64,000 bases of DNA from contig MFIM01000001.1 in NCBI GenBank assembly GCA_001780725.1, positions 83,642-147,641 of the forward strand. Reading direction: 5' to 3'. The stretch comes from Candidatus Giovannonibacteria bacterium RIFCSPLOWO2_02_FULL_45_28 (GTDB taxonomy: Bacteria; Patescibacteriota; Minisyncoccia; UBA11713; 2-01-FULL-45-33). The translations under genes and the position numbers were made by a program. Shown here in pieces: positions 34,887 through 45,454 of this stretch. Below the pieces are notes generated by a model. It worked only from the letters and a program-made list of their open reading frames with translations. It did no database searches and was not told the DNA's origin. The first letter of the stretch is position 1. Each line of letters starts with the position of its first letter.

Positions 34887-35891
34887 TTAAAGTCCGAGCT
34901 CGGAGGGCTTCACAACGTAATCTTCAATTGGAAAATTTGACGGAATAAAACCCAACTCTTTGGCTTGCGCGAAATATCTTTCAAACGCCCTCATTTCTTT
35001 CTCGCCGTAATTATTAGGAAGCTGTTTTGGGCTATTTGCTTCAAGCAACGCTATAATTGGCGGTGTATTAAGGTTATATTTATTAAGATAATCAGCAAGT
35101 TCGGAAATAACGCTTGGCCGCTCCTGGATAAAACGCCCCGCGTCCAAAATGGTCTCCACCACCTTTTTTGCGGTGTCTTTATTGCGCTCATACCAGTCTC
35201 TATTGGCCGCGATCACAACAAAAGGCAAAACAAGCCCGCCTTCTTTTTCGCTCCAAATATCTCCTAATGCCGCCGCGCTCTTGAATTTTCCGCTTGCGAT
35301 AAGCGAGGCCGCAACTGGATATGCCGCCATAGCCGCGTCGGCTTCTCCTTTTTCTACCGCAGCTATAGTTTGGGGAATATTTCCAAAAGAAACGCTGACA
35401 TCTTTTTCAACATCAATCCCCCCCGCCTTGAGCGCTATAGCAGTAGCGATATAAGCCGCAGTGACTTTCGGCTGTGTTCCGATTTTCTTCCCTTTTAAGC
35501 CTTGAATTGAAGTTATGCCGGAATTGGCGGAAACGAGCGCGTGATAGCGATAAAGCACTGCCGGACCAATGATCAACAAATTTATATTCTTCTGCTTCGC
35601 CGCCAAAATAGTGAATGGCGAGATTTCAGCCAAATAAGACTCGCCGTTAGCTATTCTTCTTTCCAATTCGCCAGGATCGGTGGTGACGACCTCAAAATCA
35701 ATGCCGTGCTTTTTGTCAATACCGTATTTTTTAATCACCTGCGCCCGCAGTTCGTTAGCCCCGCCAACCGCAACCTGATACTGGACCTTAACCGGCTCTT
35801 TCTTCCACAAATTAGGCGGAATCAACCAAAAAATCGCCGCCAATAACACGACCGCACCAGCGATTAAAAGGCTTGTTTTGAGATTAATCAT
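34887..35891 (-). CDS. ABC-transporter substrate-binding protein, NMT1/THI5 (SsuA/TauA-like) family
   Basis: 334 aa. N-terminal TM/signal anchor. Paralogous to 47629-48609 and 48628-49587. Confidence 0.6.
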   Translation of the reverse strand: MINLKTSLLIAGAVVLLAAIFWLIPPNLWKKEPVKVQYQVAVGGANELRAQVIKKYGIDKKHGIDFEVVTTDPGELERRIANGESYLAEISPFTILAAKQKNINLLIIGPAVLYRYHALVSANSGITSIQGLKGKKIGTQPKVTAAYIATAIALKAGGIDVEKDVSVSFGNIPQTIAAVEKGEADAAMAAYPVAASLIASGKFKSAAALGDIWSEKEGGLVLPFVVIAANRDWYERNKDTAKKVVETILDAGRFIQERPSVISELADYLNKYNLNTPPIIALLEANSPKQLPNNYGEKEMRAFERYFAQAKELGFIPSNFPIEDYVVKPSELGL

Positions 35892-35946
35892 GATTAAATT
35901 GTAACATTTACCCTAAAAACAGGGCGGGTGTCGCTGTGGATAAACT

Positions 35947-36348
35947 TTAAAGCGGCAAGTCAAACGCCCATGCACCCGGACCGAGGATGAGAAGCGCGAG
36001 AAGCGCCATAAAAATCAGGAAATCAAGTTCCCATCCGCCAATAAATTTTTGGCCGCGCTTGAACCAAAAAAGTATCACCAAAAATTGAATAGCCAAAATT
36101 AGGGCCACCAGCTGTGTCCAAAACCCGACGATTAGCGCGATACCGCCCAAAAATTCCACCAGCGTCACCAGCCACGCCCAAAACTTGCCGGGCTTGAATT
36201 TCATTGACTCAAGCCAGCCCGCGAATTGCGCCTTGTCTTGGGATAATTTTTGATATCCGTGCGCCAAAAAAATGGCCCCGAGCGCCAAACGAAGCGCGAG
36301 TGGCCCGTAAAACTGGTAGTCTAAAAGCTGTGGAAAAAGGCTTAGCAT
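35947..36348 (-). CDS. DoxX-family membrane protein
   Basis: 133 aa, 4 TM. LRLALGAIFLAHGYQK DoxX-like N-terminus. Confidence 0.6.
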   Translation of the reverse strand: MLSLFPQLLDYQFYGPLALRLALGAIFLAHGYQKLSQDKAQFAGWLESMKFKPGKFWAWLVTLVEFLGGIALIVGFWTQLVALILAIQFLVILFWFKRGQKFIGGWELDFLIFMALLALLILGPGAWAFDLPL

Positions 36349-36366
36349 ACTGATAGTATAGCAAGG

Positions 36367-37188
36367 ATGAACAAAGATATCATGTGGCTAGTTTTTGTGC
36401 TTATACTGGTGGGTATCGTCTTTAATTTCCAAAGAAAAAATGGCAGGCTTTTTAAGCAGCCGCCAGTATCTGAATCACCGCTGGCCACGACAACGCCGCC
36501 GCTGGGTCCGCCCGCAACGCCTCCCGGACAAAGTGGTCCGGTCCCTACTCCGCCCCAAAAATCATCTGGCCCGACTTTGAGATTGGCGGCCGCCAACGCG
36601 TATGCAGCAAATCCGTCCGCGGAATATATTTTGCTGGAAAATATAGATTATGAAAATAAGCAAAAGATAACCATCTCCGGATTCAAACTGCAAAATAGAG
36701 ACAAACTGACGGCAACTATCGGGCAAGACGAAAACGGCGCTTCAATAACATTAGATTACGGCGAGCGCACCATTATCATTACCGGAGAAAGCCCGTTGGG
36801 ATACAATTTTAAAATAAACAAATGCTCCGGTTATTTTAACCAGAGAGCGGCAATTTCTCCACAAATCTACGCGATATGTCCATCTGTATCAAGTTTATCT
36901 TTGCCGAGAAATTTAAATAACGCATGCATAAATTACATAGAAAGCCTGCCCGTGTGCACAATGCCGACAATCAACGCTGATACGGGAATCAACAATGACT
37001 GTGCGGAGTTCGTACAAGCGCATGCAAGCTACGCAGCATGCGTCGCCGATTACAAAAACGACAAAGATTTTGACAAAAAAGAGTGGCGGGTTTATCTGGG
37101 CAAAAACTTTGATTTTTGGAACAACCGCCACGACCTCATCCAGCTTTTTGATCCCGCCGGAAAATTAGTTACGGAGATTTCTTACTAA
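36367..37188 (+). CDS. Secreted/anchored hypothetical protein with Pro-rich linker and Cys-rich C-terminal domain
   Basis: 273 aa. N-terminal TM. PPVSESPLATTTPPLGPPATPPGQSGPVPTPP linker. Confidence 0.4.
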   Translation: MNKDIMWLVFVLILVGIVFNFQRKNGRLFKQPPVSESPLATTTPPLGPPATPPGQSGPVPTPPQKSSGPTLRLAAANAYAANPSAEYILLENIDYENKQKITISGFKLQNRDKLTATIGQDENGASITLDYGERTIIITGESPLGYNFKINKCSGYFNQRAAISPQIYAICPSVSSLSLPRNLNNACINYIESLPVCTMPTINADTGINNDCAEFVQAHASYAACVADYKNDKDFDKKEWRVYLGKNFDFWNNRHDLIQLFDPAGKLVTEISY

Positions 37189-37641
37189 TTCATAGACCGC
37201 TATTCCGGCGGCGACGGAGACGTTGAGGGATTCCTTTTTGCCGCGCATCGGTATTTCAACTATTTTGTCGCATTTTTTAAGAATTGACTTTGGGATGCCA
37301 CGCACTTCATTGCCTAAAATCAGAGCAAAAGATTTTTTCGGCTTAAGCTTTTTTAAATCTATTGATTTTTTTGACTGCTCCAGCGCAATGATTTGAATTT
37401 TTTCTTCTTTAAGGCGTTTAATCAGCGTGTGAATATTTTTAATCTGCGCCCAATCGGCGTATTTCTCCGCGCCCAGCGCGGTTTTTTGAAAATCCTTCCG
37501 CAGTTTGCCGAAAATATCGTACGGTTCCGGCGTATAGCCTGTCAAATAAATTTTCTTCACCCCCAGCCCCTCCGCCGTGCGAAAAATCGCCCCGACATTA
37601 TGAAGGCTTCGGATGTTGTGCAAAATAAGAAAAATGTTCAT
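37165..37641 (-). CDS. SpoU/TrmH-family RNA 2'-O-methyltransferase (TrmL-like)
   Basis: 158 aa SPOUT fold (NIRSLHNVGAIFRTAEGLG; LILGNEVRGI). Confidence 0.7.
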   Translation of the reverse strand: MNIFLILHNIRSLHNVGAIFRTAEGLGVKKIYLTGYTPEPYDIFGKLRKDFQKTALGAEKYADWAQIKNIHTLIKRLKEEKIQIIALEQSKKSIDLKKLKPKKSFALILGNEVRGIPKSILKKCDKIVEIPMRGKKESLNVSVAAGIAVYELVRNLRN

Positions 37642-37644
37642 CGC

Positions 37645-38409
37645 CTACCTAATCTCGTACGTCAAATTCACGTTCACATGGATTTCGTTTTCGCCTTCCG
37701 GAGTTGGCGGGATGCCGGGGCCGCCCATTCCGAAACTCTCGGCTTTGGCGAAAATCGGCATCGGTATGCCGCCTTCGGATTCGCTGTATCCCAAAATTTT
37801 TCCCAAACCAACATTCAAATTTTTTGAGAGAGTTGCCGCTTTTGTTTTTGCGTCAGTAATTGCAAGAGCGCGCGCTTCTTCTTTTGCTTTTTTAGGGTCG
37901 TCAACGCTGAAAGAAAGCGAGCCGATTTGATTCGCTCCGGCTTGCGCCGCACCGGAAAGAATTTCGCCGACCTTGCTCAATTCCCTAATTTTCACCTCCA
38001 AGTTTTGGAAAATTTCGTAGCCACGGAATTTTTGCTCGCCGTCTTTATAGTCATACCGCGGACTAATGCTGTAAGAAGTGGTTTTTGTGTCTTTATCTAA
38101 AACGCCCTTTTTCTTCAGCGTGTCCGAAAGCCGATTCATAACTTCGGCCGCTGATCGCTGCACGGCCAGAAGATCGGTCCCCTCTTTCAAAACGCCCACA
38201 TTAACTATCGCAATGTCCGGTTTTATCAAAATTTTTCCCTCGCCCGAAACGCTTATAGACGGCGGCTGCATAGCACGATTATAACCGCTAAATTCGCTCC
38301 GTATCTTCACCAAAAAAAATACGCTGAGCACGGCCAAAAACGCTATCATCGCCCAAAGCGCCTCTTTGGGCGGCCGAATATGCAAATATTTAGACTCGTT
38401 TATTTCCAT
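37645..38409 (-). CDS. SIMPL/DUF541-family periplasmic protein
   Basis: 254 aa. N-terminal TM. ISVSGEGKILIKPDIAIVNVGV motif typical of SIMPL (26-kDa periplasmic immunogenic protein). Confidence 0.6.
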   Translation of the reverse strand: MEINESKYLHIRPPKEALWAMIAFLAVLSVFFLVKIRSEFSGYNRAMQPPSISVSGEGKILIKPDIAIVNVGVLKEGTDLLAVQRSAAEVMNRLSDTLKKKGVLDKDTKTTSYSISPRYDYKDGEQKFRGYEIFQNLEVKIRELSKVGEILSGAAQAGANQIGSLSFSVDDPKKAKEEARALAITDAKTKAATLSKNLNVGLGKILGYSESEGGIPMPIFAKAESFGMGGPGIPPTPEGENEIHVNVNLTYEIR

Positions 38410-38498
38410 ATTTTAATTTTAGCATATCTGTTGCGTAGAAAACATTGACAGCCAGTTAAAAACATTGTAGCTTGTAAAAAGACTGAAGGGGGCAACCG

Positions 38499-39688
38499 GT
38501 GGTCAAAAACATTCTCTGGCTTTGCGGGGCGGCGTTGCCGCCGCTACTCTGGATAATTATCAGACTTTCCGGAGCACACCTCGGCTCCGGCACAGAAACT
38601 TTACTGGCGGGTCTGGCAATATTCGGCGCTGCATTTTTGCTTTCATGTGCGGCGGAGCTGGCCCAACTTGAAATTCCGCAATCCTTGGCAATCGTGTTTG
38701 TGGCATTTCTGGCTGTTCTGCCTGAATACGCCGTGGATATTTATTTTGCTTGGAGTGCCGGCAAAGATCCTGTTTACGCGCACTACGCCGTAGCCAATAT
38801 GACCGGCGCCAACCGCCTTCTTATCGGCGTTGGCTGGGCGGCGGTTGTTGGATTTTTTTGGCTAAAAAGCAAAAAAAACAGCATAGCGCTGGAATCTTCA
38901 CGCAAGGTTGAGATTTTTTTCTGATTCTTGCAACGGCGTACTCATTCGTTATTCCGTTTAAGGGCTCTCTTTCCTTGATTGATTCAGTTTTTCTTTTGGC
39001 ACTATTCATTTGTTACTTGAGAGTAAGTTCAAAATCGCCAATGGTAAAACCGGCGCTTGACGGCGGACCGGCAGAACTAATTGAAAAGTTGCAAAGAGCG
39101 CCGAGAATTGCCTGCACAATTTTTATGTTTGTTTATAGTGGCATCGTCATTTACGCGGCTGCGGAACCGTTTGCGGAGGGACTGTTAAAATCAGCTAACT
39201 CTTTGGGCATAGAAGAATTTCTTCTTGTGCAATGGCTAGCGCCGCTTGCGTCCGAAGCACCGGAGTTTATTGTTGCGATATTATTTACGCTTCGCCTTAA
39301 TCCGGGAGCGGGCATTGGCACGTTAATCTCATCAAAAGTAAACCAGTGGACGCTTTTGGTTGGCGCGATTCCTATTGCTTACAGCTGGTCTTCGGGTTCG
39401 TTTGGCGCTCTTTTGTTGGATGCGCGCCAGATTGAAGAGCTGTTTTTGACATCAGCGCAGTCATTATTTGCGGTTATGGTAATAGTTAATCTGTCTTTTT
39501 CCGTTTGGGAAGCGCTCGTTCTCTTTTTACTTTTTGCAACACAAGTATTTATCCCCGGCACGGAGGCCAGATACATTTATGCATGCTTCTACATCGTTTT
39601 AGCGGTTGGCATCTTCTCCTTCTGCCCCTCCAACCGCCGCGCATTTTTGGGTCTTTTTAAAAGTCTTTTCAAAAAACACTCCGCCTAG
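38499..39688 (+). pseudogene. Cation/Ca2+ antiporter (CaCA)-like membrane protein split into two ORFs (38499-38924 and 38975-39688)
   Basis: Alpha-repeat-like LPEYAVD in the first ORF and ASEAPEFIVAI in the second. The two are in different frames and separated by 50 bp. Either a frameshifted gene or two half-transporter genes. Confidence 0.4.
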
Positions 39689-39697
39689 CGGGGTGTT

Positions 39698-41008
39698 TTA
39701 ATTTTTTTCTATTTTTTTCAACTCCTCTCTGACAACTTCGCGGTCATCCCATGGAATTTTTGTGCCGCGAGGGCCCATAATCCACGGCTCGGAGCCTTTG
39801 CCGGCGATGATAACAATGTCACCTGATTTGGCGGATTTTAGTGCGGCGCGGATGGCCTCGCGCCGGTCAAGAATTTTTTTATAGTTTATAGTTTGTGGTT
39901 TATAGTTTGGCGTTTTCGAAAATCCGGCTTCAATCTCATTTAAAATAGTGGCTGGATTTTCGTCGTATGGGTCTTCGTTGGTTAAAACAATTTCATCACA
40001 AAACTCGGCCGCGATTTTCCCCATCTCCGGCCGTTTCCATTTATCGCGCCCCCCTCCGGCAGAACCAAGAACGCAGACTAATCGTCCGCCCGGAAAGAAG
40101 TCCGACTTCTTTTGGATCCCGAAGTCGGACTTCGAGGAGGGCGGATTCCCGGCTAGCGGACGCAAAGTCTCGTAAACTTTGCGAAGCGCATCCGGCGTGT
40201 GCGCGTAGTCAACCACCGCCGAGAACGGCTCGTGCTGAATAAATTCCAATCTCCCAGGCACACATTCAACTTTTTCCAGTGCGCGTTTTATTGCTTCGCG
40301 GTCCACGCCCAACACCTTCGCGGCGTGATACGCCGCAATGGCATTTTCCAAGTTAAAGTCGCCGAGGAGTTTTAAATGTATGTCGGGCGGCAAATCTTTT
40401 TTGGTGTAAACAATTTTCTGTCTGGCAGGCCTGCCTGCCGACAAGGCAGAAATCTTTAGAAAATATTCAACGCTCGGATCCTCGCCGTTTAAAATATGTA
40501 TCGGCGCTTTTTTGAAAAGCTCTGCTTTTGCCGCGCGGTATTTTTCAAACGAGCCGTGCGATTCAATGTGCTCCGGAGTCACATTTGTTAAAACAGCCAT
40601 ATAAAAATTTATCCCCGTGTGCCTGAATTGTTTTATTCCTTCCGAAGTAACCTCAATCACGACGTATTTACATCCCGCCCTGACTGCCTCCCGCAAAAAT
40701 TTCTGGAGTTTGAACCGCCCCGGCATGGTCATCTTTAAATTATTTTTTTCTTCTTTTTTATTTATCCGGAAACGCAGTGAAGAAACAGACGCGACTTTCT
40801 CACCGGCTTCTTCCAAAATGGCCGCGAGCAAATGCACAACCGTTGACTTGCCATTTGTTCCGGTTACACCGATTATCTTGAGTTTTTTAGACGGGAAAGC
40901 GTAAAAAAACGCCGCCACCCAAGCCAGCAGCCAATGATACGCAGGCTGGAGCGCGGCAAAAATAGGCCTCGGTATTATTTTTTTAAAAAAACGCAAAAAT
41001 GTTTCCAT
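39698..41008 (-). CDS. Mur ligase family protein (MurE-like) carrying an in-frame palindromic-element insertion
   Basis: 436 aa. GVTGTNGKST P-loop. DYAHTPDAL motif. Inserted segment ...SSKSDFGIQKKSDFFPGG encoded by the repeat at 40086-40152. Confidence 0.7.
   Translation of the reverse strand: METFLRFFKKIIPRPIFAALQPAYHWLLAWVAAFFYAFPSKKLKIIGVTGTNGKSTVVHLLAAILEEAGEKVASVSSLRFRINKKEEKNNLKMTMPGRFKLQKFLREAVRAGCKYVVIEVTSEGIKQFRHTGINFYMAVLTNVTPEHIESHGSFEKYRAAKAELFKKAPIHILNGEDPSVEYFLKISALSAGRPARQKIVYTKKDLPPDIHLKLLGDFNLENAIAAYHAAKVLGVDREAIKRALEKVECVPGRLEFIQHEPFSAVVDYAHTPDALRKVYETLRPLAGNPPSSKSDFGIQKKSDFFPGGRLVCVLGSAGGGRDKWKRPEMGKIAAEFCDEIVLTNEDPYDENPATILNEIEAGFSKTPNYKPQTINYKKILDRREAIRAALKSAKSGDIVIIAGKGSEPWIMGPRGTKIPWDDREVVREELKKIEKN
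40086..40152. repeat. Intragenic palindromic element copy 1 (GAAGTCCGACTTC...GAAGTCGGACTTC)
   Basis: 13-bp inverted arms at 40097-40109 and 40121-40133. In frame within the MurE-like CDS. Confidence 0.85.
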
Positions 41009-41413
41009 TGTTATGGCCTATGCACCACGCTATCCATATTAACCACTTTAAACGATTAATCCAGACGTTAAAAGCCAGAACTCCGGCCCTCGGCATTTGC
41101 GTGCCTCGTCGGAGTTGCATTATTCCAAGAATTTGCTATAATTAAGGAAAGCAAAAGGCCGATCAATTAATCGTTAATTTATAGGTAAAACTAAAAAGTA
41201 TATGAAAATTTTAAAGGAACTTACGCCAAAAAACATGCAATGTATAATAGGAAATTGCTCAGCTTGGTTCAAAACCGACAGAGGTACTTATTTGTTTATT
41301 GGCAAGAAAATAAAAAATCAGAAGGTTATGCGCGGTTTAAAAAACAGAATAGGTAAAGATGAAACCACTATAGAAGTACCGTTGAGTTTGCTAAGCAATA
41401 AGTAATAACTATC

Positions 41414-42115
41414 TTATTCGTTTTGAACTGCAATAGTGCAAATATTTTCAGCGTAATAACAACGCTCTCTAATAATTTTTAATTTGTATGCGTGAATCCA
41501 AACAGACACTCCGCCATTTTTTATAAAATCGAGATAATTTTTGTAATGCAACGGATAAACTTTGCCAATCCCGCGTTCATCTCTATCGATAAATAATTTC
41601 ATTAATCTCGCCAATAGCGTAAACTTTTTTGGAACGGAAATGTCTGTCACGACCATTATACCGCCATGCTTCACATAACTACAAATTTCATTCCAAGCTT
41701 TTTCTTGTATTTCCACGTTCATTTCGTGTAGCGAAAAGCTTAAAATCGCCGCATCAAATACCGTAGAGATCCCTAACAGCGAAGATAAGTATTGGGCGTC
41801 GCCTATCAACAATTTAGAATAACTTTGTTGCTTATTAGCTCTCGTTATCATCGTAGGGGAACGATCCACCCCAACCGCCTCAATCCCATATTTTTTTAAG
41901 TATGCCCCTAAGCCTCCGGTACCACAGCCGATGTCTAAAACGCGCTTAGCACCTAATTCATAGAGAATGCGGGCAATGTTTTTCTTAATGTGTCCGAGAG
42001 TGATTTTCTGAATTTTCTCTGAAATCGGCAAAAACCGCTTAAGTGTTTCATAATGATCTGTACTATTCATGTGGCTGTTTGGCATATGGCGGTTATGGCC
42101 TATGCACAGCCCCAC
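41414..42115 (-). CDS. Class I SAM-dependent methyltransferase
   Basis: 233 aa. Motif I VLDIGCGTGG. Confidence 0.7.
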   Translation of the reverse strand: MGLCIGHNRHMPNSHMNSTDHYETLKRFLPISEKIQKITLGHIKKNIARILYELGAKRVLDIGCGTGGLGAYLKKYGIEAVGVDRSPTMITRANKQQSYSKLLIGDAQYLSSLLGISTVFDAAILSFSLHEMNVEIQEKAWNEICSYVKHGGIMVVTDISVPKKFTLLARLMKLFIDRDERGIGKVYPLHYKNYLDFIKNGGVSVWIHAYKLKIIRERCYYAENICTIAVQNE

Positions 42116-42581
42116 CGACGTAAATAATGCCGATGGACAAAGAGAGCATTATTATAAGCTCTAACGTTTTGGTAAACGTGTAAAAACCGGAAATTAATGC
42201 CAACCCAGATGAGATCGTCAGAAGCCCGAGCCAGCCTATTACGAAAAATTCCCCCCAATGGCGCGAATAAAGGGCATATCGCCTCTTGCGCGATTCCTTT
42301 AAAATCGTGTAAATGCCAACCGCCCCCAAATAAGGCTCTGCTAAAGCCCGAATGAGCTTGGTGGCCACCGTATCAAAGCTGGACACTCCGCTCAAATACA
42401 AAAATGCTATCGCGAAAAGATAAACGTAAGTAAAAATTCCTAAAAAAAGATAAAGCGCGTCAACGGCCTCCTGAAAAAATATGTCGTTCAGCCTTTGCCA
42501 AAATGTTTTCGGCGCGTTGTTGCGCTTGTCTTCCAAGCCTGACTCGTATATATAATTAGTTGTTTCTTCCCACCAAGCCAT
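42093..42581 (-). CDS. Membrane protein (162 aa)
   Basis: Four predicted TM helices. Overlaps the methyltransferase start. Confidence 0.4.
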   Translation of the reverse strand: MAWWEETTNYIYESGLEDKRNNAPKTFWQRLNDIFFQEAVDALYLFLGIFTYVYLFAIAFLYLSGVSSFDTVATKLIRALAEPYLGAVGIYTILKESRKRRYALYSRHWGEFFVIGWLGLLTISSGLALISGFYTFTKTLELIIMLSLSIGIIYVGGAVHRP

Positions 42582-42600
42582 ACTTAAAAATTTTTAATTT

Positions 42601-43170
42601 TTAATTTCCAATTTTCAATGATTCTTTGAGGCGCAACTCTCGACCTTTTATATCCTTTGGAATTTTCTGGATCATCTCGCGCGCGTCTCTCTGTGAATAG
42701 CCCAAAGAAAGCAGGGCGTCCAGAATATCGGCATCTTCTTTCATTTCGTCAGACGCGTAAAAGGTTTTGCCGAAACCTAATTTATCTTTGAGCTCCAGCA
42801 CAATTTTTCCGGCAGTTTTTCTGCCGATGCCGGAAACTTTTGTAAGATAAGATGTGTCGCCGGAAGAAATTGCTTTTTTAATTGTATCCACCGGCGCGAG
42901 CGACAAAACTCCCAAAGCGGATTTCGGGCCTATGCCGGAAATGGAAATCAGCATTTCAAAAAATTCAAGTTCCGTTTGATTCAAAAATCCGTAAAGCTCC
43001 AGCGCGTCTTCTTTGACATGCAAATGCGTCCATAATTTTGCCGCTCCGTCCTGATTTAAATTTTTTAAATCTTGAGCGGCAACAAAAATTTTATACCCCA
43101 CGCCGCCGACATCCAAAATTACATGCCGCTCTCCTTTAAATATCACCTTGCCTTCTAAGTGTCCTATCAT
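42601..43170 (-). CDS. ruvA: Holliday junction branch-migration complex subunit RuvA
   Basis: MIGHLEGKVIFKG...ILDVGGVGYKI N-terminus. HhH motifs GIGPKSA / GIGRKTA. The ORF call begins 9 codons upstream. Confidence 0.9.
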   Translation of the reverse strand: MIGHLEGKVIFKGERHVILDVGGVGYKIFVAAQDLKNLNQDGAAKLWTHLHVKEDALELYGFLNQTELEFFEMLISISGIGPKSALGVLSLAPVDTIKKAISSGDTSYLTKVSGIGRKTAGKIVLELKDKLGFGKTFYASDEMKEDADILDALLSLGYSQRDAREMIQKIPKDIKGRELRLKESLKIGN

Positions 43171-43190
43171 TAGTATAATGGTACCACAAA

Positions 43191-45197
43191 ATGTCAACCT
43201 TTAAACTACATGAGCCATATAAGCCTGCCGGCGATCAGCCGAAAGCCATAGCACAGCTCACCAAATTACTAACTTCCGGCAGCCGACATCAGACGCTTTT
43301 GGGGGTTACGGGTTCTGGAAAAACTTTTACGATGGCGAATGTAATCGCGAATTTAGGCCGTCCGGCTTTGGTGATTTCCCACAACAAAACTTTGGCCGCC
43401 CAGCTTTATCAGGAATTTAAAACTTTTTTCCCAGAAAACGCCGTGCATTATTTTGTTTCCTACTACGACTATTACCAACCGGAAGCCTACATCCCGCAAA
43501 GCGATACTTACATAGAAAAAGACGCGCGAATCAATGATTTTATTGATGCAATGCGTCATGCCACGACCGCCACAGCGCTTACGCGCCGAGATTTTGTGGT
43601 TGTGGCATCGGTTTCCTGCATTTACGGCATCGGCGATCCGGCTGAATATGAAAAGGCAGCGCTGGAAATAAAAGAGGGGCTGCCGATTTCCCAACGCGCA
43701 TTTTTGAAAAAATTGGTTGAAATGCAGTATGAAAGGAATGACTACGAGCAGAGAGCGGGGATTTTCCGCGTCCGCGGAGAAACTGTTGAAATTTTCTCTC
43801 CCGCAGGAGATTCGGTAATTAGGATTGAGTGGAATGGGAATGTGATTGAAAGAATAAGCCAAACCGAAACGCCCCCCTCGAAGTCCGACTTCAAGACCCA
43901 AAAGAAGTCGGACTTCTTCCCGGCTGGCGGCTTAGAGGAGGCTGGCGCGAGAAAAATCTTCCCAGCCAAACACTTCGTCACACCGCAGGACAAATTAGAA
44001 CTGGCGCTTTCCAACATAGAGCTTGAACTGAAAACTAGAGCCGCGGAGCTCAAAGGGGCAGGAAAATTGTTGGAAGCGCAAAGAATAACCCAACGCACGA
44101 ATTTTGATTTAAAAATGCTCCGCGAGATCGGTTATACGCACGGCATTGAAAATTATTCGCGCCAACTTTCTTTTCGGAAACCCGGCGAACCGCCACATAC
44201 TTTATTAGATTATCTTCCGGATGATTTCATCACGTTTATTGATGAATCGCATATGTCCATCCCGCAAATCCGCGGAATGTATAACGGAGACCGCGCAAGA
44301 AAACAGGTTCTTGTGGATTACGGCTTCCGCCTGCCGTCTGCTATTGATAATCGCCCGTTAACTTTTGAAGAGTTTAATAAAAAAGCAGAGCAAGCAGTTT
44401 ATGTTTCGGCAACTCCGGCTGAATACGAAATAAAACTTTCCGGCGAACACATTGTAGAGCAAATTATCCGCCCCACCGGACTTTTGGATCCGCAGTTGGA
44501 AATCCGGTCGGCGAATCCGCCGACCGGCGGGCAGATGCCCGATGTCATCAACGAAATTCAAAAGCGGATCAAACAAAAACAGCGCGTACTTGTAACCACG
44601 CTTACAAAACGCATGGCGGAAGATTTAGCTGATTTTTTGAAAGAAAACCAAATCAAAGCTGAATATATTCATTCGGACATAAAAACGCTGGAACGGCACA
44701 AAATTTTAACCGATCTCCGAAAAGGCGCTTACGATGTTATTGTTGGAATAAATCTTCTGCGCGAGGGAATTGATTTGCCAGAAGTTTCACTTGTAATAAT
44801 TTTAGACGCCGACAAGGAGGGTTTTTTAAGAAACGCACAAACATTGATACAGACCATCGGCAGAGCTGCGCGGCATACAGGGGGAACGGTCTTAATGTAT
44901 GCAGACATAACTACGGACTCAATGCAAAAAGCGCTGGAGGAAACCGAGCGCCGTAGAAAAATTCAGGAAGAACACAACGCGAAACACGGCATTACACCTC
45001 AATCCATTCAACGCCGAATCAGCGAGAATATATTCGGCGCAGAATCATCTGTTAAAAAATTTGATTTAACAAAAATGTCCAAACAAATGTCCAAGGAAAA
45101 ATTAAAACAGGAGCTTGAAGAAGAAATGCTGGAAGCCGCCAAAGAACTTGACTTCGAAAAAGCCGCCGAATTAAGAGATTTGATTAAAACTTTATAG
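43191..45197 (+). CDS. uvrB: Excinuclease ABC subunit B with in-frame palindromic-element insertion
   Basis: 668 aa. GVTGSGKT Walker A. Helicase motifs. C-terminal UVR domain (EKAAELRDLI). Inserted ETPPSKSDFKTQKKSDFFPAGG encoded by 43872-43950. Confidence 0.95.
   Translation: MSTFKLHEPYKPAGDQPKAIAQLTKLLTSGSRHQTLLGVTGSGKTFTMANVIANLGRPALVISHNKTLAAQLYQEFKTFFPENAVHYFVSYYDYYQPEAYIPQSDTYIEKDARINDFIDAMRHATTATALTRRDFVVVASVSCIYGIGDPAEYEKAALEIKEGLPISQRAFLKKLVEMQYERNDYEQRAGIFRVRGETVEIFSPAGDSVIRIEWNGNVIERISQTETPPSKSDFKTQKKSDFFPAGGLEEAGARKIFPAKHFVTPQDKLELALSNIELELKTRAAELKGAGKLLEAQRITQRTNFDLKMLREIGYTHGIENYSRQLSFRKPGEPPHTLLDYLPDDFITFIDESHMSIPQIRGMYNGDRARKQVLVDYGFRLPSAIDNRPLTFEEFNKKAEQAVYVSATPAEYEIKLSGEHIVEQIIRPTGLLDPQLEIRSANPPTGGQMPDVINEIQKRIKQKQRVLVTTLTKRMAEDLADFLKENQIKAEYIHSDIKTLERHKILTDLRKGAYDVIVGINLLREGIDLPEVSLVIILDADKEGFLRNAQTLIQTIGRAARHTGGTVLMYADITTDSMQKALEETERRRKIQEEHNAKHGITPQSIQRRISENIFGAESSVKKFDLTKMSKQMSKEKLKQELEEEMLEAAKELDFEKAAELRDLIKTL
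43872..43950. repeat. Intragenic palindromic element copy 2
   Basis: Arms at 43880-43892 and 43904-43916, followed by TTCCCGGCTGGCGG...GGCTGGCGCG. In frame in uvrB. Confidence 0.85.
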
Positions 45198-45214
45198 TAT
45201 ATTAAACTACTTCT

Positions 45215-45454
45215 ATGCCAATAACTTCGTCGGCCAAAAAAGCATTAAGGCAATCCCGCACCAGGCGGGGGAAGAATTTGGTTTGGAAAGACAAACTAAA
45301 AGAAGCCGTCAAAACAACAGAGAAAACCAAGTCGGCAGAATCGCTGCGCCTTGCTTACAAAACCATAGATAAATCCGCCAAAAGGGGTCTCATCAAAAAA
45401 AACAAAGCCGCCAGGATGAAATCTAGGCTAGCTAAGCTTTTATCGCCAAAATAA
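45215..45454 (+). CDS. rpsT: 30S ribosomal protein S20
   Basis: 79 aa. MPITSSAKKALRQS... S20 helical family. Confidence 0.85.
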   Translation: MPITSSAKKALRQSRTRRGKNLVWKDKLKEAVKTTEKTKSAESLRLAYKTIDKSAKRGLIKKNKAARMKSRLAKLLSPK

